From Jimgerdemannia flammicorona (taxonomy: Eukaryota): a stretch of DNA of 32,191 nt. The stretch is taken from NCBI GenBank assembly GCA_003990765.1, contig RBNJ01000362.1, positions 1-32,191 on the forward strand, read 5' to 3'. Shown one piece after another: positions 10,309 through 23,900 of this stretch (its first letter is position 1; the number at the start of each line of letters is the position of its first letter). Under the pieces are notes generated by a model. The model worked only from the letters and a program-made list of their open reading frames with translations, was not told the origin of the DNA and ran no database searches. The position numbers and the translations under genes were made by a program.

Positions 10309-12537
10309 CATCTCGCATTTGTGCCAGTTTAGTTTAGCACCAGAACCCCACTCGTACTATTCTACAGTCCTCTGTAACTCTCTCATATCCCCCAAGGAGC
10401 CCAGCCTGACCACCATATCATCAGCAAAGGCCCCCATCTTCCAGTTTACCCCTAAAATGTCCAAACCTCCAATCTTATGCTGAATCCTATCCAGTAGTGG
10501 CTCCAGGGAAAGGGCATACAATATGGGCAACAAGGGGTCCCTTTGTGGTACCTCATGTCTCAGGGGAAAGGTCACCCCCCTGTGGCCATTGATGACCAAT
10601 GCCACCTGACTGTCCTCCAAGAGGCTGATTAATGATCCTCAGAACCCCGGGGGGATATCAATCTGCTTCAGCACTCCCTCCAGCCATATTTTCCGCACTC
10701 TATCATAAGCCTTCTCTTGGTCCAGAAACACTAATCTGCTATCCACCCCTGTTACCCGGACATCTTCAATCACTCCATGAACTCAGGCTGTCCCATCTCA
10801 AATCAACCAACCACCGACAAACCCACGTTGCTCTACACTAAGCACCTGCTGAGCGATTCCTTGCAACCTCATCACTAAGATTTTCATCACCAGTTTGCAA
10901 TCCATGTCGAGAAGCATAATTGGCTGCCAGTTCTTCCAGTCCTCTCGCCTACCCTTGTTCTTATAGAGCAAGAAGACTAGCCCTAAGTGCTGTCCCCCAA
11001 TCCAGGCACCAGACCGAAGAACTCCATCACACATGGCAGTCATTTTCTCTAGCACCTCACCCACCCTAGTCATCTTCTGCCAAAAATCCCAGAGAAGCCC
11101 ATCCTCTCCTGGGACTATCCCCTTACTCATTGAGACCACAACCCTGCAAATTTCCTTGCCACTCACTGGGTCCCCCAATGCCCCAAGTCCCATCATAGGG
11201 TCCAGGTGCCAATCTCCCAGCTGCTTTTCAACGTCCAGAGCATCCAATCTCCCTTCCTCCTCACTCCAAAGATTCCCCCACCAGGTTCGCAATAGGCCCA
11301 GAATTGCCGGAGTCTCCACCACCAGCTCGCCATTCTTGTCCAAAACTCCCTCCCACCTCTGCCTCATTTGTCATGCTTGTAACAACCATGACAAGAACCT
11401 GGTAGGCCTCTCCCCCTCCTCAAGCCCCTGCCACTGCAGGTGGGCCACCATTCCCTGCAACTACTCCTCCTCCTCCCTTCGTAGCACCCCTTTGAGCTCC
11501 TCCACCTTCTGCCAGATTCTCGCAATATGCCAATCAGTCATGGCCCCATTCTTCAGCACACCTGCCCATCTCTCCATAAGTGCTGCCAGATGCCGTGAGG
11601 CCCACAGCACCCACTGCCTTTGCTGGGCATACTTTCCTTTCCCTGCTTCCCTCCAATACCCCTGAGCCTTCATCTTCAGCCTTCTCCAGTAGTCCCCAAT
11701 CTCCAGACCTTATTCCCGCCACCTGCCGATATTTCCAACCACCTCCATTTCCCATCCCTCCCATAACACCCTATTCTCCAATAAGGAAGAATTTAGTTGC
11801 CAATGTCCAGGCCCATCCTCATTTCCCCCAAACCTCCCCCCTCTAAGCAGCCCCCAGTGATCAGACCACAAACACCATATAACTTCCAGCACTAACCAGA
11901 TATCTGCTTCCCAACACTCTGCCATTAGAACCCAGTCAATCCTGGAGCCCAGTCCTGCTGCCCAGTGGGTGTACACCTGCCGATCAGCCCAAAAATGTCT
12001 TCCTGAGTCCACTAGAGAACACAATCTCTCCATCTCCAACCAGTCACCCAACCCACCACTTTCACCCTGCATGCCTCTCCCTCCATCAGTTCTGTCCAAC
12101 TCCTTATCCCATACCATGTTGAAGTCACTCCCCATACAGTCTAATCCAACTTCTCCCAATACCCCAGCCTCTTTCAATCTGTGAATCCATTCCACCCTCT
12201 CCCCTCTCTCAGCTGGGCAGTAACAGGACCCAACCATCAGTAAGCCCCAACCAGGCCTCTTCCACACTCCCCACACCACCTGAGACCCCCAATGTCCAAT
12301 GTTCCCAATGTCCCCCATTTCTTTCTGAATGAGAATACACACTTTCCCCCTCCAAACTGCTGCACCCCCCCATTTCTTAGTCCAATCCTGTAAGTCCACA
12401 TCTGCCTCATAATGAATATCCTACAACAAGAAGAGGTCTGCATCCAGTCCCTTAAGCTAACCAAATATATACTTCCTCCTAGCTGCCCCCCATCACCCAT
12501 TAACGTTTAATGAGAATATCCTAGTTATACTATTCAT
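10309..12537 (-). pseudogene. LINE ORF2: APE endonuclease + reverse transcriptase (disrupted)
   Basis: IFSLNVNG, SCYCP, GSDFN, SRIDWVL and WSDH (APE); PGEDGL, KNWQPIMLLDMDCKL, EQRGFVGG, VPQRDPL, AFADD and KLNWHKC (RT). Confidence 0.92.
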
Positions 12538-12568
12538 ATTGAAGAAATATTGCAATAGAGACCCCAAC

Positions 12569-14485
12569 CTATAATTCCATGCTCATCTCATCCCCTGTCA
12601 GATCCAAGCACCACTCAGCTTCCAAGTTGCCCTCTGCATTATCCTGAGCATCTAGTGCCCCCAAGATTTCCTGACATTCCACCCTGTCCACTTCCTCTAT
12701 ATCCACCTGGTAGTCCAAGCAGACTGCATGCCACTTCTCTAGTCCCTTTCTCGAATTCCACAAGAAAAGTACCCTGTCACTCACAATTCTCCTAAGTTCC
12801 TCCTCTTGCTGATTATCAACTTGATATTCAATTGACTCCAGGAGAACAGCCAGAATCTCATTCCTCATCTTCCTCAGCACCTCCTCCCCCCGGAGGATCT
12901 CCTCCCAATGCTTCTCCTCCATCACCCTGAAGTTCTCACCCCCCAGCTCTTCAGCTACTACCCCTTCCAGGGTCTTCTACATCCACTTCTCCTCATCTAC
13001 TGCCTCTGCCGCCCCCTGAGCAATTTGTCCCCCATCCACCTTGGGGTCCACCAGCATGCTCCTCCTCACTGACTCATCCCACTCCTCATCCAGCACATCC
13101 ATCAGCTCCTCCTCCCCCTCTGCCCCATCTGGAACACTATACTGAGGGTGCACCCCCTCACCCATTTTAGCATCTGCCTCCAAATTGCCCTCCCTCCACT
13201 CCCCCACTCCAATCTGAGCCCCGCCCTGGGCCATTTCTCCCCCCTCAGCTCAGGCACTCTCTTGCAACCCTGCAACTCCCTCCCCTGAGCTTACACCAGC
13301 CCTACCCCCACCCAACTTCGCCAACAGCTCCTTCTGGATCCTCCTCCCCTGCATCTTCTCCCAGGCCCCCTTCTCCATCTGGACCCTCTTCCCATCCACC
13401 TCCCCCACTACCATCCTGGCCTCAAACTCCTTTCAGGCCAATCTCCTCCTCACAACTGCCCCTTCCAGGTCTTCCAGAGCCTCCAACAGGTCCTCCTCCT
13501 CCTCCTGAGTCCCCTTCACCCTCATGACCTTACACTCCACTGGTCTCCACCTCAGCATTGCTGGCCAGTCCCTCGACTTCCCCGTATTCTCCTTCTCAGC
13601 CAGTCTCACTCTGACATTGACATCGCCAGTTCTAAGCTCTGTGCCCTCCCAGACCTTGAACCCAACATCTACAATCTCGCCATACTCCTTGATCACCTCC
13701 ACAACCAACTCCTTGGTCCTTTCCTTTGATACAGTAGGGAGGTCCAACACTGTCAACTGCACCACTCGGGGGTCCCAGTGCATACACTGGGCCATAGAGA
13801 CCACAACCCCGCCGACCATCACCCCCTTCTCCATGGCTGCCAACAAGACATCTTCCTTCTTAAACTCTATCTCAACCTCTTCCTTTCTCCTCAAAAACTT
13901 CACCGATGCTACTCCCTTAGCCTCCTGTGCCACCAGCCCCAAAATCATCCTTGTTATCACTGCCAAGCCCCGGAAGCACATTGTGACCATGAATTCTGAC
14001 CTTGACTTCTTGAGTAACAGGGCCAACACTATGCCCATCACCCCATCTGCCAGGTCCCCAGGCCTCATGCCCACTCCCAGCCTTGAATTACCAACCACTG
14101 TCACATCTGGATTTTTTGCCAGATCCCCAGTCACAGTCCTATCAACAGTCATATCTCCAGCCCCTACTCCCGCTCCTTCCCTGCCACCTGAGACTCCCCT
14201 GGATACACCTCTCTGTCCCCCAGCAGCAGCCATCGACACTGTCCCTAGGCCCAGCCAACCATCAAGGCCTGAGGCCATCTTGCCCATTCTGACCTTATTA
14301 GCAAAGGTCAACCTCTCTCCTCCTCTCTGCCTTAGCCCGCCCCTCTCTCCACCACCAGGGCCTCAGTTAGCCATTGAGGCCCCTGACATTCTCAAACCAT
14401 CTCCCCTCCTCTCTACCTGCTGCCAGCCAAAGGTGCCATCACCCCCCTGGCCAGTACACTCACTAGTTCAATCATTGCCATCCAT
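12569..14485 (-). pseudogene. LINE ORF1 (RRM-like core, acidic/coiled C-terminus), disrupted
   Basis: VQLTVLDLP..EYGEIVDVGFKVWEGTELRTGDVNVRVRL; homologous to 18883-20908; ends 31 nt before the ORF2 ATG. Confidence 0.8.
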
Positions 14486-14559
14486 GTTGATAGTCACTGG
14501 ATACCAAAAATGTAGTAAAAAGTGTTGTCTGAGTCTTGTATCACCTGAATGTTACTGGT

Positions 14560-16400
14560 GAAAGCTGATGTCTGGGTACAATTCTTATATAGTGGCCTTT
14601 TATATATTAGATTCCAATTCCAGTAGATACTAGGGTTCTTCTTTTTATAGAAATAGTGACTTGTTTGACTGAATATAAGTTATGATTAATGACTTCTTCT
14701 AATTAATATTGAGAAATCTAAGCCTTTGGGTATAGCTTCTTAATCTTGAGTTCTGACTGACTGGTAGTAGAGTTGATGGGTATATTTTTGAATAATATAG
14801 TGACTGGTCTTACAGATTCACTTGTCTTCTTAGAATATTTGATTATAATATATCCTGTCTAATAGCAAAAGAAATATACTTTTAACTTCTTTAGATATTT
14901 CTTCTCTTTAGGAGTGAGCTTGGTATTTTACTTATTTATGAAGTTTAAATTAGAGCCAGTCTCACAGTTTTAGGCTAATTCTTATTGTAGTTCTTAAAGT
15001 GATTCTTCTTGCAGTATTCTGATTCAAAGTGGTGATTATAAGTAATAATATCAAATCTATTAGCTATCCTTATAACATCTTCAAGGAATTTTAGTTCTTC
15101 TAGTTTGACCTTGACTTATATATTTCTCTTTAAGTCTCAGATATAGTGATTAATTTTTTCATATCAGATAGCTCTAGGAGAATTGACAAAAATTATATAT
15201 TATAACTTTATATAGACTTAAGTTACTTGATATTTACTAGTCTGTTCCTAACTAGTTTGATAGTATTAGTAGATTTGAACTACTTGTGAAGGACTTTCTT
15301 AAAGACTGCTCAATATTCTATTCTTGTTTCTTAATAGGCAGATATGATTATAATATAATTATACTACCAGATGATAGTATTTTCTCAAAGAAGGGTGACA
15401 GTAAATTAAACTTGTATATCTTCTTCTATTCTTATAAGTTTGAGGTATTGGTCCAATTAGAAGGTCTAGGTATTAATAGATAGTTCTCCTCAGTGACCAT
15501 CAAAGATATATATCTGGTTTGAGTGGCTTGAAACTAATAGATATAATTATAGAGTATACTACTGTATTCTTTGTTTTCTATTATTCTAGCTATACTTATA
15601 GATGTCAGATCTGATATATTATAGTAGTAATCATTTCTGCTAGATTTACTTATATCTCTGGATTAGTATCTTCTACTGAAGTAGATTTATTAATAAGTTC
15701 TCTATAGTTTATTTTATACTTATATTTATAACTAGTTATAACTAGTTTTTAAATTTGTATGAGGTTTCTTAATAAGGTAAGATATAACTTTACTACTACT
15801 ATTAAGTATAATAGTTATAGTTTTTTTAAGAGAAAGTGACTAAATCTGAAAGTATTTAGATAGGCCTAAAGTAACTTGAAGAGATACTTATAGATTCTAG
15901 ATATCTTAAAGGATTTCTAGAAAAAATAAGCTATTCTATATTTAAGTAAAATATAGGAATATTTATATAGATCTGAAAGAAGAATCCAGAAAGATCTTAG
16001 AAATAAAGAGAAAGACTAAGAAATAGGTTCTCAGTAAAGATAACTAATGGAATTCTACAATATTCTGAAAGAGGAAAAAGAGAGTACAATGAGAGTCAGA
16101 AGAGAGAGAGGATCAGAAGGTTTAAAGACAAAGTTTAAGCCAAAGTTATGTAAAGAAGATGGAGGAGAGATGAGATATAAAAAAGATAAGAAATAAGAAT
16201 AGATAAAGAATAGAGTAGAAATTGCATCCATTGTTTATTGCTATACAAAAGTATAGTTCTTATATATAAATACAAAGTCTCAAAAAGGAACAATATATCA
16301 CAATATGAAGATAACTAAATTAAAACCTCATATTATATAAAGATAAGAGAAGAGTTAATCTCAGAGCAAGAATAAAAAATATAAACAAAATAAATTCAAA
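14560..16400 (-). mobile_element. Old dUTPase-bearing Ty3 copy: 5' LTR, PBS, gag and dUTPase N-half, AT-degraded
   Basis: 14560-14745 aligns with the dUTPase at 29430-29610 (gaaatagtgacttgtt shared); gag relic 14750-15700; PBS relic TAATAGTAGTAG at 15793-15804; LTR from 15807 shares gatctgaaagaagaatccagaa with the 25095 LTR. Far LTR boundary approximate. Confidence 0.82.
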
Positions 16401-16401
16401 T

Positions 16402-18625
16402 CAAGGGATATTAAGATGAAGATAATTCAGTAAGAAAGTTAGAAGTCTTCAGTGGGGGGTCTGTTAGATAAAGTTAAAGAAGACTGTCAGATTGTATGAA
16501 GATAAGGCTGATAAGTTTAAAGGAGCTTAGTAGAAATAGTAGGTAAGATAGGTCTCCTATAGAATAGAGATATTATATATAGCTGAAGTGGGCAGAGATG
16601 TTAGAGCAGATAGATGTGAAAGATTAGAGACTGAGATAGGCCCAGCTGAAAGTAGAGAATTTGAAGAGAATATTGAGAGAAGAGAAGAGAACTTATATAT
16701 AGGATATATATAATAGCTTATATATATAGGATATAGTAGCTTAGCTATAGTGGTAGGGACTTGAGAAAGGTGAGAGACCTACCAAGTATCTGTCTAGACT
16801 TCTTTAAGTAAGAAGAGTGAGGTAGTAGTAAAATGGAGTACTAGATGAGAAAGATACTCTTGTAAATAGAATATAAAGAATCTCAAGTTCTTTGAAGAAT
16901 AAATGGAGTAATCTGTAGAGTGAGAAAGAAGAAAATACTAATGAGAAGATAATTGAGCACTCTTTGGAAAATTGGTATCCTCCACAGGTTGATGGTCTTG
17001 AGGACTTAGTTCTGTCAGTCTAAGAGGATGAAATTTTAAGTATCTTGTTAGCTACAAAATAAAACATAGCTTTTAATGAGGATGGCTTGCTTTGGAACTT
17101 CTAGAAGAAGATAGTAAGAGTCCTAAGAGTCTTAGAAAAGATAGCAGTACTATACAACTTAGTCCTTATATCTAGGAAGTAAGTTTGGGATCAGGATCTC
17201 AGCCTAGTAGTATTGCTATATAAAGACAAAGATAGAAGAGAAGATTAGAAGAACTGAAGACTAATTATACTCCTAGATATAGATAGGAAGTTAGTCATGA
17301 AGGTGATTGTTGTGAGGTTACAGAAGGTGGCTTGATAGGTATTATTAGTAGTAGGCTAATTAGAGATGAGATGGCCTAGATTTATAGTATAATTAAGAAA
17401 GTAAGAACTAGTAAACTGAATATATAAATAGTTGGTCTTTCTGGATCAAGAGAAGGCCTATAATCAGATATAGTGAGTCTGGCTAAGAAAGGTGTTGGAG
17501 ATGTCTCTTATTGATTCAAGTTATTAATAATCAGTCTGTTGAAGAGTAGCCAGACAGTAATCTTATATAATAGATATTATAGTATCTCATTCTTATTAGA
17601 GAGAGGGGTCTCTCAGAGAGACCTACTGTCTCTTATTCTATATACTTTGTCATTGGAGCTATTGATAAATAGAATTTACTATAAAGTATTAGGGCTTTTA
17701 GTCTTAGAGATTGTCTGGAAGGTTGGGGTCTTTGCTAATAATATAGTAGTTGTACTTGGTTCTGTTGATGATATTAGTGAGCTGAGAGCTACTGTAGACT
17801 GATATGAGGAGTGCTCTGGGATTAAGCTCAACTGGCATAAGTATGAGACAATAGTACTGAAGAATAGTTTAGTTGATAAAGATATTGTAAATACTATTAT
17901 CTCTACTGGAGAGATAGTATAGTATCTGGACATCTTCCTATCAGTATATAGGTTAGAGTTTGGTAAGAGAGAAAGATAGTTGAATAGGGAGAGGTTCTTT
18001 AGAGTTGAAGAGAGTACTATATATATCTCTATTACTAGATAGATATTAATTCTTAATATTTACTAACTATCAAAGTTATAGTATCTAGTATATTACTTGG
18101 GCTTTTCAGTATAGATAATAAAGAGATTGTTGAAGTTGACTAAGAACTGAATTTAAACTAAAAGATAGAGTTAAAAAAGTTGGAAGATCTTGACAACTCT
18201 GGTAAACAAGAGAGGTTTAGATCTGATGGACTTCCTGAAGAGGTTGTACTATCTTAGAGCTTGATGGTTGAAAAGAGCTATTGAGTTATGAGATAAAGGG
18301 TGGATATTATTAATACAGAAGGTCTGAAAGATAAAGTTCTCCCCTAGAGGTTCTTTAGATAATTTATTGTCAATAGTTAGACTGAGAAGTAATAAATACT
18401 TATAGTATAGAGGATTCTAGTGAGAGATAGTGAAAAAAACTCACTATATTGATCTACATTAATATGATAATAAGAGAGAGATACAATAGAGACCTATTAT
18501 ATAGAGGTGAGACAGACTTCTATTAAGGGATTTACTACTAATAAGCTTTAATATTAATATTAATATAGAGTATCAGCAGAGGGTGAGATAGGATCTATAA
18601 CTGATAGACTGGTATTTAGTAGATA
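16402..18625 (+). mobile_element. LINE copy C, internal ORF2 fragment (RT region), AT-degraded
   Basis: RGVSQRDLLSLILYTLSLELL, KVGVFANNIVV and KLNWHKYE; colinear with about 21720-23950. Confidence 0.88.
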
Positions 18626-18810
18626 TTACACTTTCTCTGCTACAATTTACATTACACACACTTTTACAATACACTTTCAAATCATTTATTGGAGAAAAAT
18701 ATTAAGACAATGTCAATTAGCAAGCAAGCCAATGTGCATACTAGGTCGGGCAGACCTGGGGCCTTCGACTGGCAGCATATTGAGAGAGGGTATGGGCTGG
18801 CACCTCTTTC
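18626..18810 (+). mobile_element. LINE 5' stub (UTR + first ~33 codons of ORF1)
   Basis: MSISKQANVHTRSGRPGAFDWQHIERGYGL is paralogous to MATNRQPEVHTGQGGLSTFDWQQVGRGLGL at 18883. Confidence 0.75.
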
Positions 18811-18882
18811 TAGTACCATTCAGGTTACACAACCTTTGGAAGGCACTTATAACATTGTTTTTGGCAAAAAGAGACTAACAAC

Positions 18883-20908
18883 ATGGCAACCAACAGGCAA
18901 CCTGAGGTGCATACTGGGCAGGGTGGCCTAAGCACTTTTGACTGGCAGCAGGTGGGGAGGGGTCTAGGCCTGGGGGGGGGTATGAGGGGGCTGCTGGCAG
19001 GTGGATGTGGAAGGGGTGGAGGAGGTGGTGGAGGATCAGGATCTGGGAGGGCAAGCTTCACAGAGATGGTGAAGGGGAGATAGTAGGTATCAGGGCTAGA
19101 GAACTGGCTGAGGAAAGGCAAGGAGACCAAGAAGGTGACAGTGCAGGGGGGAGTAGCCCTTGGAAGGGAGGGCAGTAGAGCTGAGGGAGTAGCAGCTGGG
19201 GGGAGTATGACTGCTGATGGTGATGGGACTGTCAATCTGGAAAAAAATCCAGATGTGACGGCTGATGGCGAGGCTGAGCAGCTGAGGCTTAGAAGACAAG
19301 GGGACTTGGCAGATAGTGTAACAGATCTGGTGGTGGCCCCATTACTCAAAAAATCGATCTCAGCATTCACAGTCACACTGTACTTCCAGGGCCTAGCAGT
19401 AATGGTGAAAATGGTGCTGGGGCTCATCACTAAACAGGTGGCAGAAGCTGCATCTGTGAAGTTTTTGAAGGGACTGGAAGGAGTGGAGGTGGGTTTTGAG
19501 GAGGTGGCACCACTGGAGGAGGTGCTGAAGGTTGGATTGGTGGTTGGAGAGATGTGTGTTCCAATGGTACAGTGCCTGAAGTGGGATCTCAGGGTGGTCC
19601 AACTGCTGGTGAAAGGAGTGCTGACAGTAATGGTGATGGAGACAAGAAAGAGAGTTGAGGATTTTATGGCAGAATATGGAGAGGTGGTAGATATCAGGTT
19701 CAGGGTCTGGGAAGGGACCTCACTCAGGACTGGTGACATGGATGTGAGGATTCAGCTGGCTGGGAAAGAAGCCACTGGGAAGGTGAGGGACTGGCCTTTG
19801 GCAATGGTCTGGGGAGTGATTCTGTATAAGGTGACAAGGGTGAAGAGAAGTGAAGAGGAGGAGGAGGATTTATTGGAAGTGCTAGAAGAGCTGGGTGGTG
19901 CTGTAGAGAGGTAAGCGAAGGCTTGGGAGGCTTTTGTGGAGTCAACACACTTGGAGGTAGTGGATGGAAAGTGGATTCGAGTGACCAAGGAGTAGTGGGA
20001 AAGGGCTCAGGGGCATAAGAGACAGAAAGAGCTGCTGGCCAAGCTGGATAGCAGACCACTAGGGGAGATGAGCAAGGTGAAGGGTACAGGGGGAGCTGAA
20101 GTGAGTGTCTGGGCTGGCGAGGGGGAGGGGAAGGACAAGAAGGAGGCAGGGGAGGATAAGGAGAAGGCTAGGAAAGACCCATATATTGATAGTACACTGG
20201 AGGTTTGGGAGGAGGACTGGGGGGGCTCCCTTATCCCTACCCCTCTCATCAGGTATGGCCCAGCTTCCTGGAACAGGGTAGTAGAAGATGTGCCAATGTG
20301 AGGGGCCCAGAGGGTGCAATTCAGAGTTCCAGAGGTGACATATGAGGGACAGGTGGTGGCGGCTGGCGAGGAGGAACTAGTGGATGTCCCAGAGGTATGG
20401 AATAAGTCTGTAAGTGCTGGAGCTGACACCACAATGTTGGATGGAGGGAGGCCGGTGACTCCAGGGGGGAAAGAGGTGGGGAACTTGCTTTGGATGTGCC
20501 AGATGATGAATAACCTAGTGGTGGAAGAGTTGGGGGAGGTGGACTTGCGAGTGATGAGTGATGAACATTGGGCAGAGATACTGCAGGGGGATGGTGTAAT
20601 GAAGGCATTGAAGACAGAAATTCTTATGGTGTACCTGGAGGAGGAAGGGTATGAGGTGGATAAGGAGAGGGAGGTAGAGATGGCAGTCATTGCTGGAGAG
20701 AGGGCTGAATACTGCTGGAACAAGTGTCATGGACTATAGCTCTAGTAGGAGGCATGCATCAAATACTGAGAGGAGTTTGAGGAGAAGGCAGATGGAGAGA
20801 TGAATGAACTGCTGGCTGGATTGGAGGCTCAGAGGGCAGAAGAGGAGGAGGTGGCTGCAGAATATAATCTGGATATGGCGCAGGAGGAGATGAGCATGGA
20901 GCAGTAGA
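18883..20908 (+). pseudogene. LINE ORF1, disrupted by stops
   Basis: Gly-rich N-terminus, SFTEMVK, RRM-like EYGEVVDIRFRVWEGTSLRTGDMDVRIQL, acidic C-terminus ending EEMSMEQ*. Confidence 0.82.
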
Positions 20909-20940
20909 GACTGATTGATGATATAACATATTTCATTATT

Positions 20941-23900
20941 ATGAATAGTACAACCAACATTTTCTCTTTAAATATGAATGGGTTATGGGGCGCTTCTCGA
21001 TGTAGGAACATTTTTACTTGGATGAAGGAATTGGAGGCCAATCTCTTCCTCTTGCAGGATGTCTGGTGTGAAGATGACTCTGATAGGATGGAATGGACAA
21101 AGGAATGGAGAGGTGTAGTGATTTGGAAGGGCAAGGTTGGGATTTTGGTTAGGAAAGGCAGAGGGGAGATACAGAATGTGAGGAGCTGGGGGGAGAGACT
21201 GGTCTGGGGTGAGTAGATTCAGGCAGGCTGGGAGCCAGTTATGGTTAGCTCCTGCTACTGCCCTGCAGTATGGGGTGAGAGAGTAGATTGGGTAAAAGGC
21301 TTACAGGAGAGTGGATTACTTGCAGAGACTGAGGTGGATATGCTTGGGGGAGATTTCAATATGGTTTGGGACATACTGTTGGATAGAACAGACGGAGGAC
21401 AAGGTGCTGAGAGCAGGAGTGGAGGACTGGTGGCATGAGAGGAAGTAGAAAAACTAAGTACACTAGTAGATGCTGGTAGGGAGTGCTGGGGGAATAGGAG
21501 GGTTTATACACATTGGGTAGGAGGTCTGGGGACTAGAATCAACTGGATTTTGATGGCCAGCTGCTAGGGCCTAGATGTTTGGAAGTCACTGGAGGTGGAA
21601 TAGTGTCCATAGTCAGATCACTGGGGGCTTTTGGGACAGAGGTGCTTTGGGGGAAGTGGGGATGGGTCTGGACATCAGCGCCTCAATTCCTCTTTATTAG
21701 ATAACAAGACTCAGTGGGATGAGTGGGCTAAAGACATTCAGCTGAGGGTGGAGAACTGGAGGCAGGAAGGGGCCTCAGTTGGGACTCGGTGGATGAGGAT
21801 GAAGGAGATGGCCAGGATTTACTGGAGGGAGGCTGGCAAGGAGGCAGGGAAGCAGTGAAAGCAAAGAGTGTATTGGGTCTCTACTAGATTGACAAGGCTC
21901 CTGGAGGAGTGGGCGAGGCTGACGATGTTGGAGGAAGAAGAAGATTGGAGATTAATGAGGGTGAAAATAGAGGTTGGGGAACTTCAACAGGTGCTGTGGG
22001 AGGAGGAAGAGGCAAGGGTACAGAGCTTGGCAGTATGTCTTCACTAGCAGGATCTGGAGGAAGGAGAGAGGCCTTCCAAGCTTCTTACAAGGGCCCTTAG
22101 GGCGAGACGGGTACAGTAATGGTAGGAAGGGGTATTGGACTCTAATGGTATACTGGTGCATGGTGTACAGGACATTCTTGGATTGCTGAAGGAGAGATGG
22201 AGTGGATTGTGGAGTGAGGAGGAGGGTGGGGCAGATGCTGCTACAATTGAACGAACATTGGAGGATTGGTACCCACCATAAGTCAAAGGGCTAGGGGACC
22301 TGGTGATGCCTGTATAGGAGGATGAGATCCACCAGGTTCTTGCTGCGACAATACCAGGTATAGCACCTGGGGAAGATGGTCTGCCCTGGGACTTTTGGAA
22401 GCGAATGGTTGGAGTCTCAGGGATAATGGGAGAGATGACAGTATTGTGTGACCTTATTCTACAGACAGGGAAGTGGGTGGGGGAGCAGGACCTTGGACTG
22501 GTGATACTGCTTTACAAAAACAAAGGAAGGCAGGAGGATTGGAAGAACTGGTGGCCAATAATGCTGCTAGATATGGACAGAAAGTTGGTAACTAAGGTGG
22601 TGGTGGCAAGACTACAGAAGATGGCCCAGCAAGTCGTGGGTATTGAGCAGAGGGGATTTGTGGGTGGTTGGCTCATCAGGGATGGCACTGTCTGGGTACA
22701 TGACATTATCAAAGGGGCAAGGGCCTATGGACTGGATGGGCATCTAGTCTTCTTGGATCAGAAAAAGGCATGCAACCAGGTGCAAAGAGTCTGGCTGGCA
22801 AAAGTTTTGGATAGAATGGGGGTTCTATGTCAATTCCAGTCAGCAATGGTCAGCCTACTGGAAGGGAGTAGAGCTGTACTCACATGTAATAGACATAGAG
22901 GGGTAGTGTTCCCCTTAGGTAGGGGGGTGCCCCAGAGGGACCCATTGTTCCTCATTTTGTATGCTCTTTTCCTGGAACCTCTTATGGACAGAATTAGGCA
23001 GCAGATAGTGGGGCTCTCTGTCTTTGGCATAGGATGGAAAGTTGGGGCCTTTGCTGATAACATAGTGGTGGGTTTGGATTCGATTGCTGATGTTGAGGAG
23101 CTCAAGAAGACTGTGGAGTGGTATGAGGAGTACTCTGGAGCTAAGCTGAATTGGCATAAGTGTGAAACAATGGTGCTAGGCAACTACCTGGTGGGTGGGG
23201 AAGTTATAGGAACAATCGTCCCCACTGGTGAAGCAGTGCAGTACTTAGGTATCTACTTGTCAGTCTATGGGTCAGTTCTGCCCAGACTTTGGTAGGAGCA
23301 GAGAATTGGAATCTGGGAGGAGGCCCTGTGGAGTTGGGGGGGAAGACATTTTTCTCTGGCAGGGTGGGTCTCGATTTTGAATGTCTACTGGCTGCCAAAG
23401 TTGTGGTACCTGGTATATCATCTGGACTTCCTGGCCTGGGTGGTGAAGAGATTGATGAAATCGGTGAAGGGATGGATTTGGGCTGGCAGGTAGAGTCAGA
23501 TTAGTTGGGAGACCTTGTCCCTACTAGTGGCAAGAGGCAGTCTTGGGCTGGTTGATTTTCCGAAACAGTTATACTGCTTGAGAGCATGGTAGCTGAAGAG
23601 GGTGGTAGAGTTGAGAGGAGGTAGATGGGTTCCTCTGCTACAGAAGATCTGGGAGAGGCGGGCATCGCCAAGGGGCTCAACTGGCGATCTCCTCTCCTTA
23701 GTTGGGCTTCAGAATACTGAACAACTGCATTATAAAGGATTTTGGTGGGGGATTGCAGAAGGGTGCACCATATTGGTATTCATTGGCAGGGGAATGAAGG
23801 AGAGGAGGCTTGGGACCCAGAAATGTGGCAATGGGATCATATACTACTGGATGGTGCTCCTTTAATTGAGTTCGACATTGGTGATGGAATGGAATGCCAA

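Larger units (their letters stand above)
10309..14557 (-). mobile_element. LINE copy B, 5' part (5' UTR, ORF1, APE, RT)
   Basis: 5' motif agtaacattcaggt shared with copy D; ORF1 and ORF2 homologous to 18883-23170. Confidence 0.92.

Noticed and set aside
13524..14561. 345-aa antisense ORF over LINE ORF1 (and the equivalent 304-aa ORF at 18825-19739) as an ORF0-like gene
   Set aside because: It is Ser/Pro/Thr-rich and in register with the sense codons; the G-rich, C-poor sense strand rarely uses TTA/CTA/TCA, so long antisense frames are expected.
16692..16740. Short local duplication (ttatatatataggatata) in LINE copy C
   Set aside because: Ordinary slippage in AT-degraded sequence; absent from the other copies.
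4778..18625. LINE copies A and C as two halves of one element split by the old Ty3
   Set aside because: They overlap by about 0.9 kb in LINE coordinates, so they are separate copies.
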